Origin: Deltaproteobacteria bacterium
GTDB taxonomy: Bacteria > Myxococcota > JACPTQ01
NCBI GenBank assembly: GCA_016192705.1
Contig: JACPTQ010000043.1
Coordinates: forward strand, 65,437 to 129,436
Length of the DNA stretch: 64,000 nucleotides
Direction: 5' to 3'
In this document: positions 63,427 to 64,000 of the stretch, one piece after another
Position numbering within the stretch: position 1 is the stretch's first letter
Layout of the letters: every line of letters starts with the position of its first letter
The notes under the pieces: generated by a model
Databases searched by the model: none
What the model was told of the DNA's origin: nothing
The model's input: the letters and a program-made list of their open reading frames with translations, nothing else
Position numbers and translations under genes: made by a program

Positions 63427-64000
63427 TCAATCCTTGTCCTCCGCGAGAGCTTTTGAGAAAGCGATCTCAGACAACAGTTCCGTATCAACTCGTTTCGATC
63501 CATCCTTGGGATCCGGCCCCGTCACGGTTCGCTTCACAATCACTCGGTCCGTGAGGATTTGGACGACACGGCCCGGCGGCGGACCGATTTTGTCGCCGAT
63601 CCGCACGAGGTAACTTTTCCCACCGCGCCCCGACAACATCGCAACGCCAGACAATCCTTGCCCCGTGATGACACCGACGAGTACTAAGTCGCTGAGGTTA
63701 TGCTGCTGGAGCGGCGTCAACGGCAACACAGGTCCTGTCTCAACGACGGGACCACGCTCCGTTTTAACGTCGTCAAACCTTGACCGGAACGGGTCGCGCG
63801 TCACGTCGAACTCCGTCTCAACGTAATCGCCCTCTTCATATGGATTCGCCTTCACGGCTGGCGCCGCGGGTGCCGCGCTTCCCCCAGCCGCTGGTGCCGC
63901 CGGTTTCGCCTCTCCCCCGCCTCCGCCACGACCGCCGCCCCCTCCACCGCGCACGCTTGTCTCCGACTCGTCATCACACGCCGACGAGAAAACCGCGAAA
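63427..64000 (-). CDS. pilP: Pilus assembly lipoprotein PilP (N-terminus runs off the window)
   Basis: The frame stays open to base 64000. The lipobox-like FSSAC is at 63976-63990. The PilP core is LVLVGVITG...YLVRIGDKIG...VVQILTDRVIV. Confidence 0.8.
   Translation of the reverse strand, partial: FAVFSSACDDESETSVRGGGGGGRGGGGGEAKPAAPAAGGSAAPAAPAVKANPYEEGDYVETEFDVTRDPFRSRFDDVKTERGPVVETGPVLPLTPLQQHNLSDLVLVGVITGQGLSGVAMLSGRGGKSYLVRIGDKIGPPPGRVVQILTDRVIVKRTVTGPDPKDGSKRVDTELLSEIAFSKALAEDKD

Overview
High-GC (about 65%, by eye) bacterial chromosomal window whose gene content looks Myxococcota-like (inference from domain architectures only). I found no tRNA, rRNA, CRISPR array, transposase, integrase or recognisable defence gene. 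All start codons and alignments were done by hand.

Gene content, left to right:
- 1-4959: the 3' part of a group-4-hydrogenase-like membrane complex operon. Its large subunit has lost the NiFe-ligand cysteines, which makes it Ehr-type.
- 5043-15934: a PAS hybrid histidine kinase, an esterase lipoprotein, a 1185-aa zinc-ribbon polytopic membrane protein, an orphan lipoprotein, a Ser/Thr kinase-FGE fusion cotranscribed with dut, and dksA.
- 15935-20290: a low-GC orphan ORF, then mfd.
- 20416-24383: a lipoprotein / membrane protein / PEGA-protease trio and a PAP2 phosphatase.
- 25234-36952: a zinc-ribbon protein, a transglutaminase-like protein, murJ, an M20 peptidase, holB-PSP1-HEAT, a TatD-radical SAM fusion and a tautomerase-like gene.
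- 36971-53774 (minus strand): a complete dcw cluster from mraZ to ftsZ.
- 53963-64000: a second Ser/Thr kinase, then pilP-pilQ-aroC-aroK-aroB plus a Cys-rich lipoprotein.

The signals least explained by annotation:
1. Two copies of a roughly 420-nt conserved, hairpin-rich non-coding element (16423-16841 and 24439-25148). Copy B carries a structured expansion of about 360 nt. It also keeps a decayed remnant of the low-GC ORF that follows copy A.
2. An 89-bp palindromic repeat inserted in frame twice in one CDS.
3. Strand-biased CCCGCW hexamer tracts in several unrelated genes.
4. A 21-bp phased degenerate array in a convergent intergenic region.

I cannot assign a function to any of these, so the claim of a novel system is hypothesis only.
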